A stretch of 64,000 nt of DNA from Octopus vulgaris (taxonomy: Eukaryota): assembly GCA_951406725.2 (NCBI GenBank), contig OX597816.1, positions 71,238,001 through 71,302,000 of the forward strand. The letters run 5' to 3'. Positions 1-13,900 of the stretch are shown piece by piece; the stretch's first letter is position 1, and every line of letters begins with the position of its first letter. Below the pieces are notes generated by a model. That model had not been told where the DNA came from and searched no databases. It was given only the letters and a program-made list of their open reading frames with translations. A program made the translations under genes and the position numbers.

Positions 1-644
1 AGGCCACAGTTACGGTCTCACTTGGCTTGCCAAGTCTTCTCAAGCACTGCCCTATCTCCAAAGGAATTCTTTGCAGCTTGAATAACTCAGCTCTGGAAAC
101 ATTGTTGTTTGTTCATCATCCTTAAATAAAGGGACCTTTTCAGCAGGATAGGCTACTCAACCTGAAGAAAATTGCAACTAGGCCCCCATCTGCAAGGCTC
201 TGTGCTGTTTATCTTGGGGTCGATGTAATCAACTTATACCCTCCCTGAAATTTCAGGCCGTGTGCCTATAGTAGAAAGGGTTGTTGTTGTTAAGGCAGCA
301 AGCTGGCAGAATCGTTAGCATGCTGGATGAAATACTTAGAGGTATTTTACCTGTTACTATGTTCTGAGTTCAAATTCCACTGAGGTCGACTTTACCTTTC
401 ATCCTTTCGGTGTCGATAAAAAAAATACCAGTTGAACATCTGGGGTGTCTGGTGTTCGCTTATCAGTTGGGTAGTCATGAAGAGTGTAGTGGGCTTTGTA
501 TATTTTTACCTCAGCATCACTTTGATGGCATGCACTGCTCTCTCAGTCAATAATAATAATAATAATGATGATGATAATAATGGGAATTTTATTGGTGTTA
601 TATATGAGTGGGTGTTATAAATTATACATATTGACATTTCTGCT

Positions 645-881
<237 letters not shown>

Positions 882-1490
882 CTATATGTGTAGTAACGAT
901 ACAGACTTTTAATCCTTTAATACCGATTTTCAATTTTGATACAAGACCAATAATTTCAGGGGTGGGAGTAAGTTGATAACATTGACCCCACTGTTCAACT
1001 GGTATTTATTTTATCAACACCGAAAGGATGAATGGTGGAATTTGAACTCAGAACATAGTAACGGGTAAAATACCTCTAAGTATTTCGTCCAGCATGCTAA
1101 CGATTCTGCCAGCTTGCTGCCTTCACAATAATACTAATAATGATAATAATAATAATCCTTTCTACTATAGGCACATGGCCTGAAATTTCAGGGGAGGGGA
1201 TAAGTTGATTACATCGACCCCAATACTCAACTGGTACTTATTTCATCAACCGTGAAAGGATTAAAGGCCAAGTTGACCTCGGTGAAATTTGAGCTTAGAA
1301 CATGCAGATGTCGCTAAGCATTTTAACCAGGGTGCTAACGAATCTGCCAAAAATTGTTTAAAGCAAAACAGGCTTTATGGATTTTTGAGTTAAAGATGTA
1401 GTCTCTCTTTCCTTCTTTCAAAGTTTCCAAATATGAAGAAAATGGCAGATGCTAGTGACTTTAGCCCATTAGCATTTGTCATTCACCTTC

Positions 1491-2145
1491 ATAATAATAA
1501 TAATAATAATGAAATTATTGTATACAGTGCTCAGGTGCACCACAACTTGTCAAAAGAGCATATAGAGTATATACAGTAATGTACAAATGTCTGGGAAGTG
1601 GACAGTGTATGAGTCAGATATATGCTTGCGTATGGAGGGAAGAAAATCAGGTGTAGTGTCGGCGAATCTCAGGAAGCATGGAAGTTTTGAAGGATGCAGT
1701 GCTCCGACAACTAACAACTGATGCCAGCAGTTTGTTACATGCTTCAGCAACTCTTAGCGTGAAAAAATGTTTTCAAAAGTCGTGGGAGCTGTGCTGATTT
1801 CTGACTTTGTAAACATGTCCACAGGTGTTAGACAGATGGAGTTTGAGAAGGTGCTCAGAGTTATTGTTTGTAAGATGGTTAATAATTTTATGGATGTCTG
1901 CCAAGTCAGCTGCCAGACATCGGAGTTTCAATATATCCATGCCCAGGGAAGTAAGGCGTTCAGAATATGGCAAATGCCTGATGCAGGGTATTCTCTTGGT
2001 TGCACATCGCTGAACAGTTTCCAGATGATTAATATCCTGAGCAAAATAGGGGTTCCAGACCAGTGATGCAAATTCCAGGTGAGGTCGTACCATAGCTATA
2101 TAAAGCCGCAGATAGATAGCCGGAGAGCGGCTCACAAAGCTCATG
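1491..2145 (-). mobile_element. 5'-truncated CR1/L2-group LINE fragment (different family)
   Basis: ORF 1773..2144 (VRPHLEFASLVWNPY...LETVQRCATK...YSERL) is a typical CR1 ORF2 C-terminus; (ATT)n tail at about 1491-1510. Confidence 0.85.
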
Positions 2146-2647
2146 TGCTTTAGGAACTGTTTTTGAAATTATCAGAAGACTTTTTTGTATAAGAAAATAA
2201 ATAGTTAAACATGTTCCATATTAGTTTAATTTTTAAATTATTTCAAGAGGAAATAAATGTTGTGTAAAATGTTCATACATAAAATCCAAATATAAATTTG
2301 TTTTTTAATTAAATGGTGCCTGTAGCAAGAGAAAGTCATTAAAAAAAATGCTTTTACACACAAAAATGTTGAACACTGCTGCTTTAAGAAGCTGGAACTA
2401 CCAACTACATACTGCAGCATTTGAACCTACCCAAGGACACATCACAGTAATTCCCATCTAACCTATACCAGCAAAAACAAAATAACTTTTAAATAAATTA
2501 ACGATCCTAACTTAAAACTATATGCCGGCCATTATCGTGCGATGCTAATCAAGGGACATAACTCTGACTGACTTTGTGTGACTGCCTGATAGAGTTTCCT
2601 TCTAAACGTTAATATTTGAACGAAAAGTTGCATCTTATATTACATCA

Positions 2648-2926
<279 letters not shown>

Positions 2927-3280
2927 TTATCTAGAACAATAACAAATATGGATAAATAACAAGTATGGATAAATTATTCAGAACTAAATAAATTCAAAAA
3001 TATATCATCATTATCATTTTAAGGCTCACTACTCCATGTTTGCATGGGTTGGACTGAGTTTATTGAGGCAGGTTTTCTATATAGCTGGATGCCCTTCTTG
3101 CCATCAACCCTCACTCGTTTCGAAGCAAGGTAATATTTCTTCAAGGCCAGACAAGTTTAAGAAGAATATTAGAAATGAATGACACTGCTTGTACGACAGT
3201 GATGCTCATTTACAACAAACAGGCAATATTAACGCAAGGAGACACAAACACAAACAAATGCAACATATATGCACATAGGT

Positions 3281-3686
3281 GGAGGAGTGGCTGCGTGGTA
3301 AGTAGCTTGCTTACCAATCACATGGTCTCACATTCAGTCCCACTGCGTGGCACCTTGGGCAAGTATCTTCTACAATAGCCTCAGGCCAACCAAAGCCTTT
3401 TAAGTGGATTTGGAAGATGGAAACTGAAAGAAGCCCGTCGTATATATGTATATATATGTATGTGTATATATGTTTGCATGTCTGTGTTTGTCCCCACAAC
3501 ATCACTTGACAACCGATGCTGGTGTGTTTATGTCCCCGTAACTTAGTGGTTCAGCAAAACCGACTGATAGAATAAGTACTAGGCTAACAAAGAATAAGTC
3601 CTGGGTCGATTTGCTCAACTAAAGGCGGTGCTCCAGCATGGCAGCAGTCAAATGACTGAAACAAGTAAATGAATAAAAAAAAAGAA
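3281..3686 (+). mobile_element. tRNA-derived SINE family A (CORE-like accttgggcaagt, central microsatellite, CR1-like 3' tail)
   Basis: A-box-like tggctg(c/t)gtggt and B-box-like ggttcagtcc. Copies at about 6972-7352(+), 14288-14566(+), 21437-21785(+), 26428-28296(-, interrupted), 41905-42195(-), 44356-44685(+), 56040-56466(-), 58985-59348(-). Confidence 0.85.
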
Positions 3687-3849
3687 TACACATATACATG
3701 TAATGGGCTTCTTTCAGTTTCCATCAAGTAAATCCACTTTGGTCAACTTGGGACAATATTAGAAGCCACTCACCCAAGGTACCACGCACCTATTACATTA
3801 ACAGAAAAAAAGGAGAATCACCAATCAATTAGTTCCAGTTTTTACTTAC

Positions 3850-3934
3850 TTAATTTTCCCTTGCAGCTCTGTTTGAATGACAAACGGGGAAGGCCCCACA
3901 GTTTCTTCTGCTGATTCACTTTCACTTCCTTCTT
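3850..3934 (-). CDS. NKAP: NKAP coding exon 7: EGSESESAEETVGPSPFVIQTELQGKI
   Basis: ctttcag acceptor and gtaagt donor; phases fit both neighbours; VGP.P motif precedes the conserved domain. Confidence 0.85.
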
Positions 3935-4048
3935 CTGAAAGATAAAAACGAAATGACAAAGAATAAATGAAATTTCCTCCTTTTAGTAAGCAATGACATG
4001 TAAAACATTTTACTTATCCTGCTCCTGTAGGTATCTTTTAGAATAAGA

Positions 4049-4463
4049 TGGGGAGCTGGCAGAAACGTTAGCACGCCGGGCGAAATGCCGAGCAGTATTT
4101 CGTCTGCCGCTACGTTCTGAGTTCAAATTCCACTGAGGTCGACTTTGCCTTTCATTCTTTTGGAGTCGATTAAATAAGTACCAGTTACACACTGGGGTCG
4201 ATATAATCAACTTAATCCGTTTGTCTGTCCTTGTTTGTCCTCTCCGTGTTTAGCCCCTTGTGGGTAGTAAAGAAATAGGTATTTCGTCTGCTGCTACGTT
4301 CTGAGTCCAAATTCTGTCAAGGTTGACTTTGCCTTTCAGCCTTTCGGGGTTGATAAATTAAGTACCAGTTACGCACTGGGGTCGATGTAATCGACTTAAT
4401 CCCTTTGTCTGTCCTTGTTTGTCCCCTCTATGTTTAGCCCCTTGTGGGCAATAAGGAAATAAG
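4049..4463 (+). mobile_element. tRNA-derived SINE family B, dimeric copy
   Basis: Head gagctggcagaa...gagttcaaattcc; core gcctttcatcctttcggggtcgataaa. Copies at about 292-432(+), 925-1125(-), 1140-1350(-), 4660-4860(-), 6130-6340(-), 9739-9960(+), 15757-15978(+), 33663-34068(+, dimer), 35111-35335(+). Confidence 0.85.
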
Positions 4464-6616
4464 AATAACCTACTCTATTACAAGCATTTGGGACCAGCTC
4501 CCTACCCTGAGGACAACCAACTGGATATGTTCGTGCACTGCTTCTTATTGCAGCAGCCCATGATTTGTGGTCTCTCCCTCATCTCAGAGGTATTACAAGA
4601 AAAAGCCACAGAAGAACAGCCAAGTCTTCACTACACCACACCACATACAACAGTCTCAGATAATCTTTTCTACTTTGGGCATAAGGCCTGAAATTTTGTG
4701 GGAGGGGGCCAGTCGATTAGATCGACTCCAGTACACAACTGGTACTTAATTTATCAACCCCGAAAATGATGAAAGGCAAAGTCGACTGCAGAGGAATTTG
4801 AACTGAGAACGTAGCAGCAGATGAAATACCACTAAAAACATTTCTACCGGCTTGCTGCCTTACAACAGTCTTAGATAATGCCAGATACATTAGACAATGT
4901 GGTCTGTGACAGACAAAAAGGCAGGGTGGTCACAACTGGAATGCTTTTAGTCATACCTGCCTGCTCCACACCTGTGAGCTCTATTAACCTACCCCACTTC
5001 ACCCTAAAACTTCCACACTACAGATAATCCTCCCTTCCCTTTGGAACTTTCTTTCATTTATCAACCAGGACATTTGATAGTATACACCGAGATGAACTAT
5101 GTCTGAAAAGAAGATGGAATGGTCATGGTTGGAACACTTTCCATAATAAATTTGGTGAACCAAGGCTAATCTGAACAGTAGGAACTAATATTTTGGCCCC
5201 TGACACACGGGCCTTTGTCTGTTAGGGTTGATACTGTATCTGTACATGGGTCTTCTTTTATCTTCTTTCTTATGTCTCAGTCATTGGAGAGCAGCCAAGC
5301 TGAGGCGCCACCTGGAAGAGATTTAATTAAATAAATTGATCCCAGTAATTAATTTTCTAAGTCTGGTATTTATTCTATTGGTCTTTTGCTGAACCTCTAA
5401 ATTACGAGGACATAAACAAACCAACACTGGTTGGTGGGGTGGACACACACACACACATACATATGTATGCACATATATGCATATATACAGACATGCATAT
5501 GTATGTTGTTTTGTTGTTGTTTGTTCCTTCTCGAGCCAAGCCTGGCTCATAAGGGCCAGTTTCCCTGGTTTCCTTGGCGTATAGGTTCCCCACCTGGTAT
5601 TTTTCTTATTGACTACAGATAAAATGAAAAGTTGACCATAAGATTTGAACTCAGAACACAGAGTCAGAACAAATGGTGCAAGGTATCTTATGTAACACTT
5701 TGATGACTGCTAGTTCCCTTATCTTTTGATTGTCTAGATATGAATAGATGCTCCTGTTTTTTTTTTTCTCTCTTTTCTACATATTTTAGTCAGAGAAGGA
5801 AGAGCAGTGCCCATGGCCCTTTCTAGGGTATTTTGTGACTGCTAAAACAAAGAGAGGAAGTATCCTCAGACAGGAACCCTTGCAACACACTGGACTCCAT
5901 TAAAGACATCCAAGGGCCATGGGGTGGTGTTAAATGAAGCAATGGTTTAACTCTGCCATCCAAGAAGAGAACAGTCTCCCTGATTGGGCTTCCATACAAT
6001 TTCTGCCTACCAAATTTCATTTATATTTCTAGGCTATGGTAGAAGACACTTGCCCAGCAATGTCATACATAGGAATTGAACTGAAAACCATGGAATTAGA
6101 AAGTGAACTTCTAAACACACAGCTATTAGCTTCACACAGTTTGGTACAAGGGCAAAATTTTGGGCAAGGTGATAAGCTATTTGCATCAACCCCAGTGTTC
6201 AACTGGTACTTATTTCATCAACCCCAAAAGGATGAACAGCAAAGTCGCCCCCAGTGGCATTTGAACTCAGAACGTAAAGTTGGACGAAATGCTGCTAAGC
6301 ACTTTTCCCAGCGCAGTAACAATTATGCTAGCTCACTACCTTATGTTTGTATTGATACTGACTTCAAATTTTGGCACAAGGCCAGCAATTTTGGGGTTGG
6401 AGTTAAGTCGATTACATTGACTCCAGTGCTCAGCCGGGTGCTTATTTTATCAAAATGCTGCTAAGCATTATTACCAGGGTGTATTCTGTCTTTATTGCTT
6501 GCATTGATATTGACATTAAAATGCAATGCAAACAGACAAGTGAAAAGACCAACAAATAAAGAAATTGATAAAGGAAAAATAAATTTAAGGAAGACAATTC
6601 CTCTGTTTTTACTTAC

Positions 6617-6714
6617 TTCCCTTCTCCACCCACACACCTTCTTCATCACCATCGCCATCATCATCATCATCGTCATCATCAGGAAGCTCATCTTTCTTAC
6701 TTTTCTTTTTTTTT
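6617..6714 (-). CDS. NKAP: NKAP coding exon 6: KKKSKKDELPDDDDDDDGDGDEEGVWVEKG
   Basis: acttag acceptor and gtaagt donor; 98 nt fits phases; WVEK motif typical of invertebrate NKAP. Confidence 0.85.
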
Positions 6715-7939
6715 CTAAGTTAAATAAAACATTTATGATTTAATTATAAAAACATATAACAATGGAGAAGAGAGGAATCCTCCTGGCCAAGAGAGACAAG
6801 CACTATCACAAAACGGACTTCCAGTCTCTGCCTACCAAATCTACTCACAAGGCTTCAGTTGGCCCAGGGCTATAGTAGAAGATGCTTGCCCAAGGTGCCA
6901 TGCAGTTGAAGGGAGCAAAAAAACAGATCCAACAAGGCTTCAACTGAAACAATGGGAAAGCTTCTATATAGGTGCAAGAGTGGCTGTGTGGTAAGTAGCT
7001 TGCTTGCCAACTACATGTTTCCAGGTTCAGTCCCACTGCATCGCACCTTGGGTAAGTGTCTTCTACTATAGCCTCAGGCCGACCAAAACCTTGTGAGTGG
7101 ATTTGGTAGACGGAAACTGAAAGAAGCCCATCATATATATGTATATATGTATGTGTGTGTGTGTATATGTTTGTGTGTCTCCCCCAACATCGCTTGACAA
7201 CCGATGCTGGTGTGCCCGTAACATAGCGGTTTGGCAAAAGAGACCGATAGAATAAGTACTAGGCTTACAAAAAACAAGTCCTGGGGTCGATTTGCTCGAC
7301 TAAAGGTGGTGCTCCAGCATGGCCACAGTCAAATGACTGAAACAAGCAAAAGGGTATGGTTATTCAACCCTTTATTTTTTTATTTGTTATGCTCCGATCT
7401 AACCGAAGCGGCTGTGCCAATGGCCCTAGCAGATCACCTTCTCCAACACCAACAAGACTAATGCATTTCTTTTATTTTTTTATCTTTACCCTTCACTGTC
7501 ACACTCCATACCTTGTACTGTCACTCTAAGTATACCAGTTATACTATACACACCCTACCCTGCTAAGCTACTCCACACTATCACAAGGGCTAAGCAGTCA
7601 AACCACATACCTTACACTATCATCATCATCATCGTTTAACGTCCGCTTTCCATGCTAGCATGTGTTGGACGATTTGACTGAGGTCTGGCGAGCCAGATGG
7701 CTGCACCAGACTCCAATCTGATCTGGTAGAGTTTCTACGGCTGGATGCCCTTCCTAACGCCAACCACTCCGAGTGTGTAGTGGGTGCTTTTACGTGCCAG
7801 TCAGGCGGTACTGGTAGCAGCCACGCTCAAATGATGCTTTTTATGTGCCACCTGCACAGGAGCCAGTCCAGTAGCACTGACAACAACCTCGCTCAAATGT
7901 TTTTTCACGTGCCACCAGCACAAGTGCCAGTAAGGCAAC

Positions 7940-8430
7940 GTAGGTATCATACTACATACTCCTCACTGTTATACTATACACACCCGACACTATCACACTG
8001 TACCTTGCAATCATACTACACACCCCACACTCTTACACTACATACCAGTGTCATATGACGTATCTCATATCATTACACTGTACCCCACACGACCACACTA
8101 TATTCACCCACACTGTTACACAAAATATCCCATACTCAACATCATTACATCATACTGCATACTCTCATACTACATACATCACATTGCCACACTGTATCCA
8201 ACACAACCACACTACATACCCCATACTATCACACTGTACCCCACAACATAGTGACACTACATCTCCACATAGTCACCCTACATACTTCCCACAGCCATAC
8301 TGTACCTCATACTATTAAACTGAACCCCACCCTGTCAGATTGTGCCCATTACTATTATTCTGTACCCCACTACATACTGTCACATGGTACCTTCTTCTGT
8401 CACACAATATAAACCCCCCATACTGTAGCA
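7940..8430. repeat. Degenerate C/A-rich minisatellite (catactatcacactgtacccc-like units)
   Basis: Recurrent cacactgtacccca / catactacat motifs with strong G depletion; related sequence at about 7490-7618 on the other side of an RTE copy. Confidence 0.65.
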
Positions 8431-8462
8431 CTAGTTTATTCATCAGAAAATTTCCTGCTTAC

Positions 8463-8565
8463 TTTTTACTTTTGTGAGACTTTTTCTTATCTTCTTTCTT
8501 CTTCTTTTTCTTCTTCTTCTCCTTTTTCTTCTCCTTGTCCTTCTTCTTTCCTTTCTTCTTGTTCT
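8463..8565 (-). CDS. NKAP: NKAP coding exon 5, Lys-rich basic region (NKKKGKKKDKEKKK...SHKSK)
   Basis: cctgtag acceptor and gtaagc donor; 103 nt fits phases; poly-Lys tract as in the NKAP basic domain. Confidence 0.85.
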
Positions 8566-10086
8566 CTACAGGAAAAAACATTAATTTCTATAACAAACAC
8601 AATACCAGTATATATGGGCAGGGAAGAGAAAGGTATCAGGGCAGCGTTTCAGGTGCATGAGAGATAGTCTGACAAACTGCAAAAAAAAAAAAATTCAAAG
8701 AACCAAATGGGGCCTTGTGACAGAAAGATACTACTGCTGGTGGGCATGAAAAAAGACCCCACTACACTCTGTAAAGTGGTTGGCATTAGGAAGGGCATCC
8801 AGCCATAGAAAGCATGACAAAGCCGACACTGGAGCTTGATGTAGTTCTGTGGCTTGCTGGATGCTGTCAAATCATCCAACCCATGCCAGCATGGAAAACA
8901 GATGTCAAATGATGATGAAGAAGAAGAAGAATAGAATTTTTAGAAAATTGTGTTCTGAATCCATCATCATCATTTAACGTTCATTTTCCCTGGTGGCAGG
9001 GGTTGGACAGTTTGACAGGAGCTGGCAGACCAGAGGGCTACACCAGGTTCCGGTCATCTGTTTTGGCATGGCTTCTACAGCTGGGTACAAAGTGTCATGG
9101 GTGCTTTTCACACAGCACCAGCACTGTGTTTAATCCAGATATTCACTGTACCCTGTATAGTTTTTGTATTTTGAAAAAAGTGGTTTCTTGCTGCTTATGA
9201 TCTTTTGTCATTCTTTTTTCCCTTTATGACCCCTAATATCAGCTTTCACTTCTTCTTTCAATAGCTTCATCTTCAATAGACTTGTTTCCCTTGGGTCACC
9301 ATTACTCACTGCTTTTTCTAACGATCAGCAGCCTTATGCATCACATCTGTACCATCATATTATGAGACATCTACAAAAACAGCACCCACTTCCATTCTGG
9401 TTTATGAAATGTCTACAAACCCAAAAGATGGCTCACAACACCCCTTCCATCCCAGATGTGGCATCTATAAACCTCAAATTGGAACATTTGCATAAAAAAA
9501 GTAAAACATTAGCTGTTCTTTTAAAATGGCAAATTCATCAACTAACCTATCAATTAGAAAAAGATTAATTTCTTTAAAATGGATTATCTCGTTTACAACC
9601 TGCTTGTGTGCCTCCTATATGGCAAAATTTCCTACTGCAGATTTTCCGACAAAAATGTTTACAGTGAATTTTCTGGACATGGCCACTTCCATCCTGCAGT
9701 ATTATGAGACACCTGCTGACCCCAAGATGGAACACAATAAGGTGGTGAGCTGGCAGAAACATTAGCACGCCAGGCGAAATGCATAGCAGTATCTTGTCTG
9801 CCGTTACATTCTGAGTTTAAATTCCACTGAGGTCAACTTTGCCTTTCATCCTTTCAGGAGTTGATAAATTAAGTACCAGTTACGCACTGGGGTCAATGTA
9901 ATCGACTTAATCACTTTGTCTGTCCTTGTTTAGCCCCTTGTGGGCAATAAAGAAATAAGATGGAACACAGCATCCCTTTCATCCAGCAATACTACAAGAC
10001 ATCACATCTACAAATTCTTATGTGACTGTCTCAGTGGATATTCTAATGAGAAAAAAATAACATCTGAGAAAAAAAAAAGCTCTTAC

Positions 10087-10190
10087 TTTTTGTAGTTGAA
10101 CTGCTATCGTCACTACTGCTACTACTGTCTTCAGAATCATTAACATTTCTTTTCATCTTGGAGGGTGAGCTATCATCACTGTCTTCAGAA
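10087..10190 (-). CDS. NKAP: NKAP coding exon 4, Ser/Asp-rich (SEDSDDSSPSKMKRNVNDSEDSSSSSDDSSSTTK)
   Basis: gacag acceptor and gtaaga donor; 104 nt fits phases; overlaps ORF 10043..10318. Confidence 0.85.
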
Positions 10191-10549
10191 CTGTCAACAG
10201 AAATACATGAAACATTCTCATAAAACAATGTCAAAATTTCCAGAAGATTAATAATAAAAAAAAAAAGGAAAAAAAAAAAAATATTCATTTTTTTTTTTTT
10301 TACATCCATTTTCTGCACTGTTTGGGGTTAGATGGGTAAATCTTGCAAATTTCAAAAAATACAACTACTGAAGCAAATACTTTAGATATTATTATGTGGC
10401 AAAGTTTGTTTTAAAACCACATGGTTCTAGGTTCAATCCCATGACACAGCACATTATGCAAGTTTTTTTAATTACTTAATGTATTTAATGTTAAAAAAAT
10501 TTAATTATAAATACATAAGTGGTGAGGAAAAGACAATGCAGGGAAAAAC

Positions 10550-11200
10550 ATCGCTGACATGGCCGATGACAGTACTGCCTGATTGGCACTCATGCCAGTG
10601 GAACATTAAAAGCACATCTGAGCGTGGGGTGCAACCAGCCCACTTATGAGTACCCCTCATTCATTGGACAATAAACTTTGCTTGCAAAGACCTATTGAGG
10701 CAAGTGAAATCAAATCAAAATCACTGATGTGGCCGATGACAGTACCACCTGATTGGCACTCATGCCAGTGGAACGGTAGAAGCACATCTGAGCGTGATCG
10801 TTGCCAGGGCCATGGATTGGCTCCTGTGCCGGTGGCATGTAAAAAGCATCATTCATGCGTGATTGTTGTCAGCGTTGCCTTACTGGCACATGTGCCGGTG
10901 GCAAGTGAAAAACAACATTCAAGCGTAGTCGTTGCCAGTGCCGCCGGACTGGCTCCCATGCAGGTAGCATATAAAAATCACTTTTGAGGGTGGTCACTGC
11001 CAGAACCGCCTGACTGGCCCTCGCACTGGTGGCACGTAAAAGCACCCACTACACTCTCAGAGTGGTTGGCATTAAGAAGGGCAACCGGCTGTAGAAACTC
11101 TGTCAGATCAGATTTGAGCCTGGTGCAACCTCCTGGCTCACCAGTCGTCAGTCAAATCGTCCAACCCATGCCAGCATGAAAAGCGGACGTTAAACGACGA
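10550..11200 (+). mobile_element. RTE 3'UTR copy with tandem subrepeats (representative)
   Basis: Same sequence as 46400-46813. Other copies at about 7619-7935(-), 8745-8920(+), 8962-9125(-), 12503-12920(-), 13285-13620(+), 21795-21917(-), 22426-22800(-), 28316-28634(-), 31270-31466(+), 38042-38430(-), 39250-39485(+), 40528-40963(+), 50990-51370(+), 52220-52503(+), 52690-52918(+), 54782-55380(-), 57545-57736(+), 58285-58790(+), 61198-61350(-), 62380-62712(+). Confidence 0.88.
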
Positions 11201-11378
11201 CTACACACACACACACACACAATGGGCTTCTTTCAGCAGTTTCTGTCAACGATATCCACTCTTAACACTTTACAACACATTTTGTTGGATGGGGGGGCTA
11301 CAATAGAAGTACAGAGTGGGACTGAAATGGAAACCATATGGTTGAGAAGCCAACCTTTTTAACTACATATACTTGCTA

Positions 11379-11906
11379 GGATCTTTTCGCTTTGACCGGC
11401 AGATTTTTAAAATAATTTCTTTGTAACTAAAAAATTTTAAGCTTCGTATACTGGTAGAATGTGTTTATAAAACATCTTTTTCTCTTGGCTTTCTTGAGAA
11501 AATTCTGTAGTTTGTAAGCTATTTGTTCTTTAATTTCTTGCATTTCGGCAATTTCAACCAATCAATGACGTCTATTGAGGTGAATTCAATTTCTGCCGTA
11601 ATGTGTCAACAACAATTATTTGCGGTGTCATATCAGTTTGTCACTGTTATTTATGACATATTTCATATCAGTTACGTTCGTATGAATAAAAGATTATCGT
11701 TATTAAACTTTTATTAATAAACACATATTCTAAGTTCACAACATATGCAGTTTTAATTTTCCTCTCTGTTGCACAGATACACATATTACATATTATATAT
11801 TCGTTTAAGAAACAGATTGGGTTTGTTTACATTTCTGAAGAAAAAAAGATACCCTTCCCCCCACCCCTAACCCTAACCCTAACCCTCGGTCAAAGCGAAA
11901 AGATCC
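11379..11906. mobile_element. Non-autonomous DNA transposon (Merlin-like) with internal telomeric repeats
   Basis: Perfect 20-bp TIR GGATCTTTTCGCTTTGACCG; 8-bp TSD ACTTGCTA (11371-11378 and 11907-11914); (CCCTAA)n next to the right TIR. Confidence 0.85.
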
Positions 11907-13825
11907 ACTTGCTATGATCATGTACAAGGTACGATATAAAATAAAATAAACAGAGTTATCTGCCCTGAGCAAGGGACGCAACCCAATGTTTTTGTGTCTA
12001 CTCCCGGAAATATAGCACTGTATAACATGAATAGAGGTAATCTACAGCCGTTCAATAAAACACGAAACAAAATAAGGTTTTGAGTGCAGTAAGAAGTAAA
12101 TTCCAACATTTTGGCAAGAAAAATATTGTTTTCGAGGTTTTCTTCTCAGGTTAAAAATAATTAACGACAGAGGAATTTAATTCATTGCCCAGCTAAACAG
12201 TACGACTTGATCCTTTGAGTTTTCAATCTGTGGACTTCTTTCAGATTTGACTTCCACTCTGAGAATAAAAGTAATAACATGGAGATCCGCAACTTACTAC
12301 AACAATCTATGAGTTATCATTTTTCCACCTTCCCTATGTAAGAAAATGTGATATCAGGAACCAAGACAAATTTGTTTTTTGTCAAAAATCGATGCAGGGC
12401 TGACCTGCTTGTAACATGAATATGCTTCTCATTGCAACACAAACTTCAAACCGAGTGAATATTTCATTGTTGAGGTCTTTGCCTCTAGTTATTGCATGCC
12501 TATCATCATCATCATCGTTTAACGTCCGCTTTCCATGCTAGCATAGGTTGGACGGTTTGACTGTGGGCTGGAGAACCAGATGGCTGCACCAGGCTCCAGT
12601 CTTGATCTGGCAGAGTTTCTACAGCTGGATGCCCTTCCTAACGCCAACCACTCCGAGAGTGTAGTGGGTGCTTTTACGTGCCACTGGCGCTGGGGCCAGT
12701 CAGGCGGTACTGGCAACGATCTCGCTCAAATTTTTTTTTTTACACATACCAACGGCACAGGTGCCAGTAAGGCGATGCTGGTAATGATCCCGCTCGAATG
12801 GTGCCTCCTACATGCCACCGGCACGGAAGCCAGTTAGCCGCTCTGGCAACGATCACGCTCAGATGGTATTTTTAGCACCCTACTAGCACAGGGCACAAGT
12901 GCCAGTAAGGCGAAGCTGGTAAAGAAGGATATCAACATGTTTAGTCTGCTTTGCATGATTGCAACCATGCCATCATCTCATTCACCAAAGTACACGCGCC
13001 AAGTAAGTATGAACATGATTGCTTGACATACTAGAAATAGCAGCTGAATCACTCTCAAATCATACACTTTCAGTATTAAAAAAAAATGGATATACTGATT
13101 AATGTGGTTCAAGGTACACTATATTTTAGGAAAGAAGGGATGGTTATGCCTCGAATAAATAATCATATATCTATGCCCATGTTCATCAGGGAAGCCCTTT
13201 TTTAAAAAAAAATTCTTCATTAAACAGAATGATTTAATTCTAAGAGAGGATTTATAGGTTATGTTAGCAGTAGGTGACACTGGGATGGCATGTAAAAAGT
13301 ATCCTTCGAACTTTGGGCCTCATGGTTACAATGACAAGTGACAGAGGCCTTTGGCAATATACTATGCTTAAGAAGATCTGTCAAGCCAAGTGAGAGCGTA
13401 GTTGTGGCCAATGCTGGTGTTTCGTAGGTGGCACCTGTACTGGTGGCACATAAAAAGCACTCACTACACTCTTGGAGTGATTGGTGTTAGGAAGGGCATC
13501 CAGCTGTAGAAACCATGCCAGATCAGATTGGGACCTGGTGCAGCTCACCAGCTTACTAGTTTTCAGTCAAACTGTCCAACCCATACCAGCATAGAAAACA
13601 GACATTAAATGACGATGATGGATGGAATGACTGGTCTGTGTTGTCTATGATGGATAGTATGACTGACCACAGCACTGTCTATGATACATGATATGACTGA
13701 TCATAGCATTGTTTATGATCAATAGTATATGAAGGAAGGCTTTGTGAGTGAGAAGAATCAAGCGTTCCAACTGCACAAGTTTACCTTGTTAGGATGAAGA
13801 CATAAAAGAAATATGAAATACTTAC

Positions 13826-13900
13826 TTATATTTAGGAGGAGTAGTTCCCCAAACTTCGGGAGCACCTAATTCTCCAATGCGTTCCCTTTCGTAACGGCGC
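13826..13900 (-). CDS. NKAP: NKAP coding exon 3: RRYERERIGELGAPEVWGTTPPKY
   Basis: Matches the conserved NKAP motif ERERIGELGAPEVWG; ttctag acceptor, gtaagt donor. Confidence 0.93.

Noticed and set aside
10550-11040. Repeat-spacer-like array resembling CRISPR
   Set aside because: Units are degenerate, the spacers are homologous to each other, there are no cas genes, the context is eukaryotic, and the array belongs to the RTE 3'UTR.
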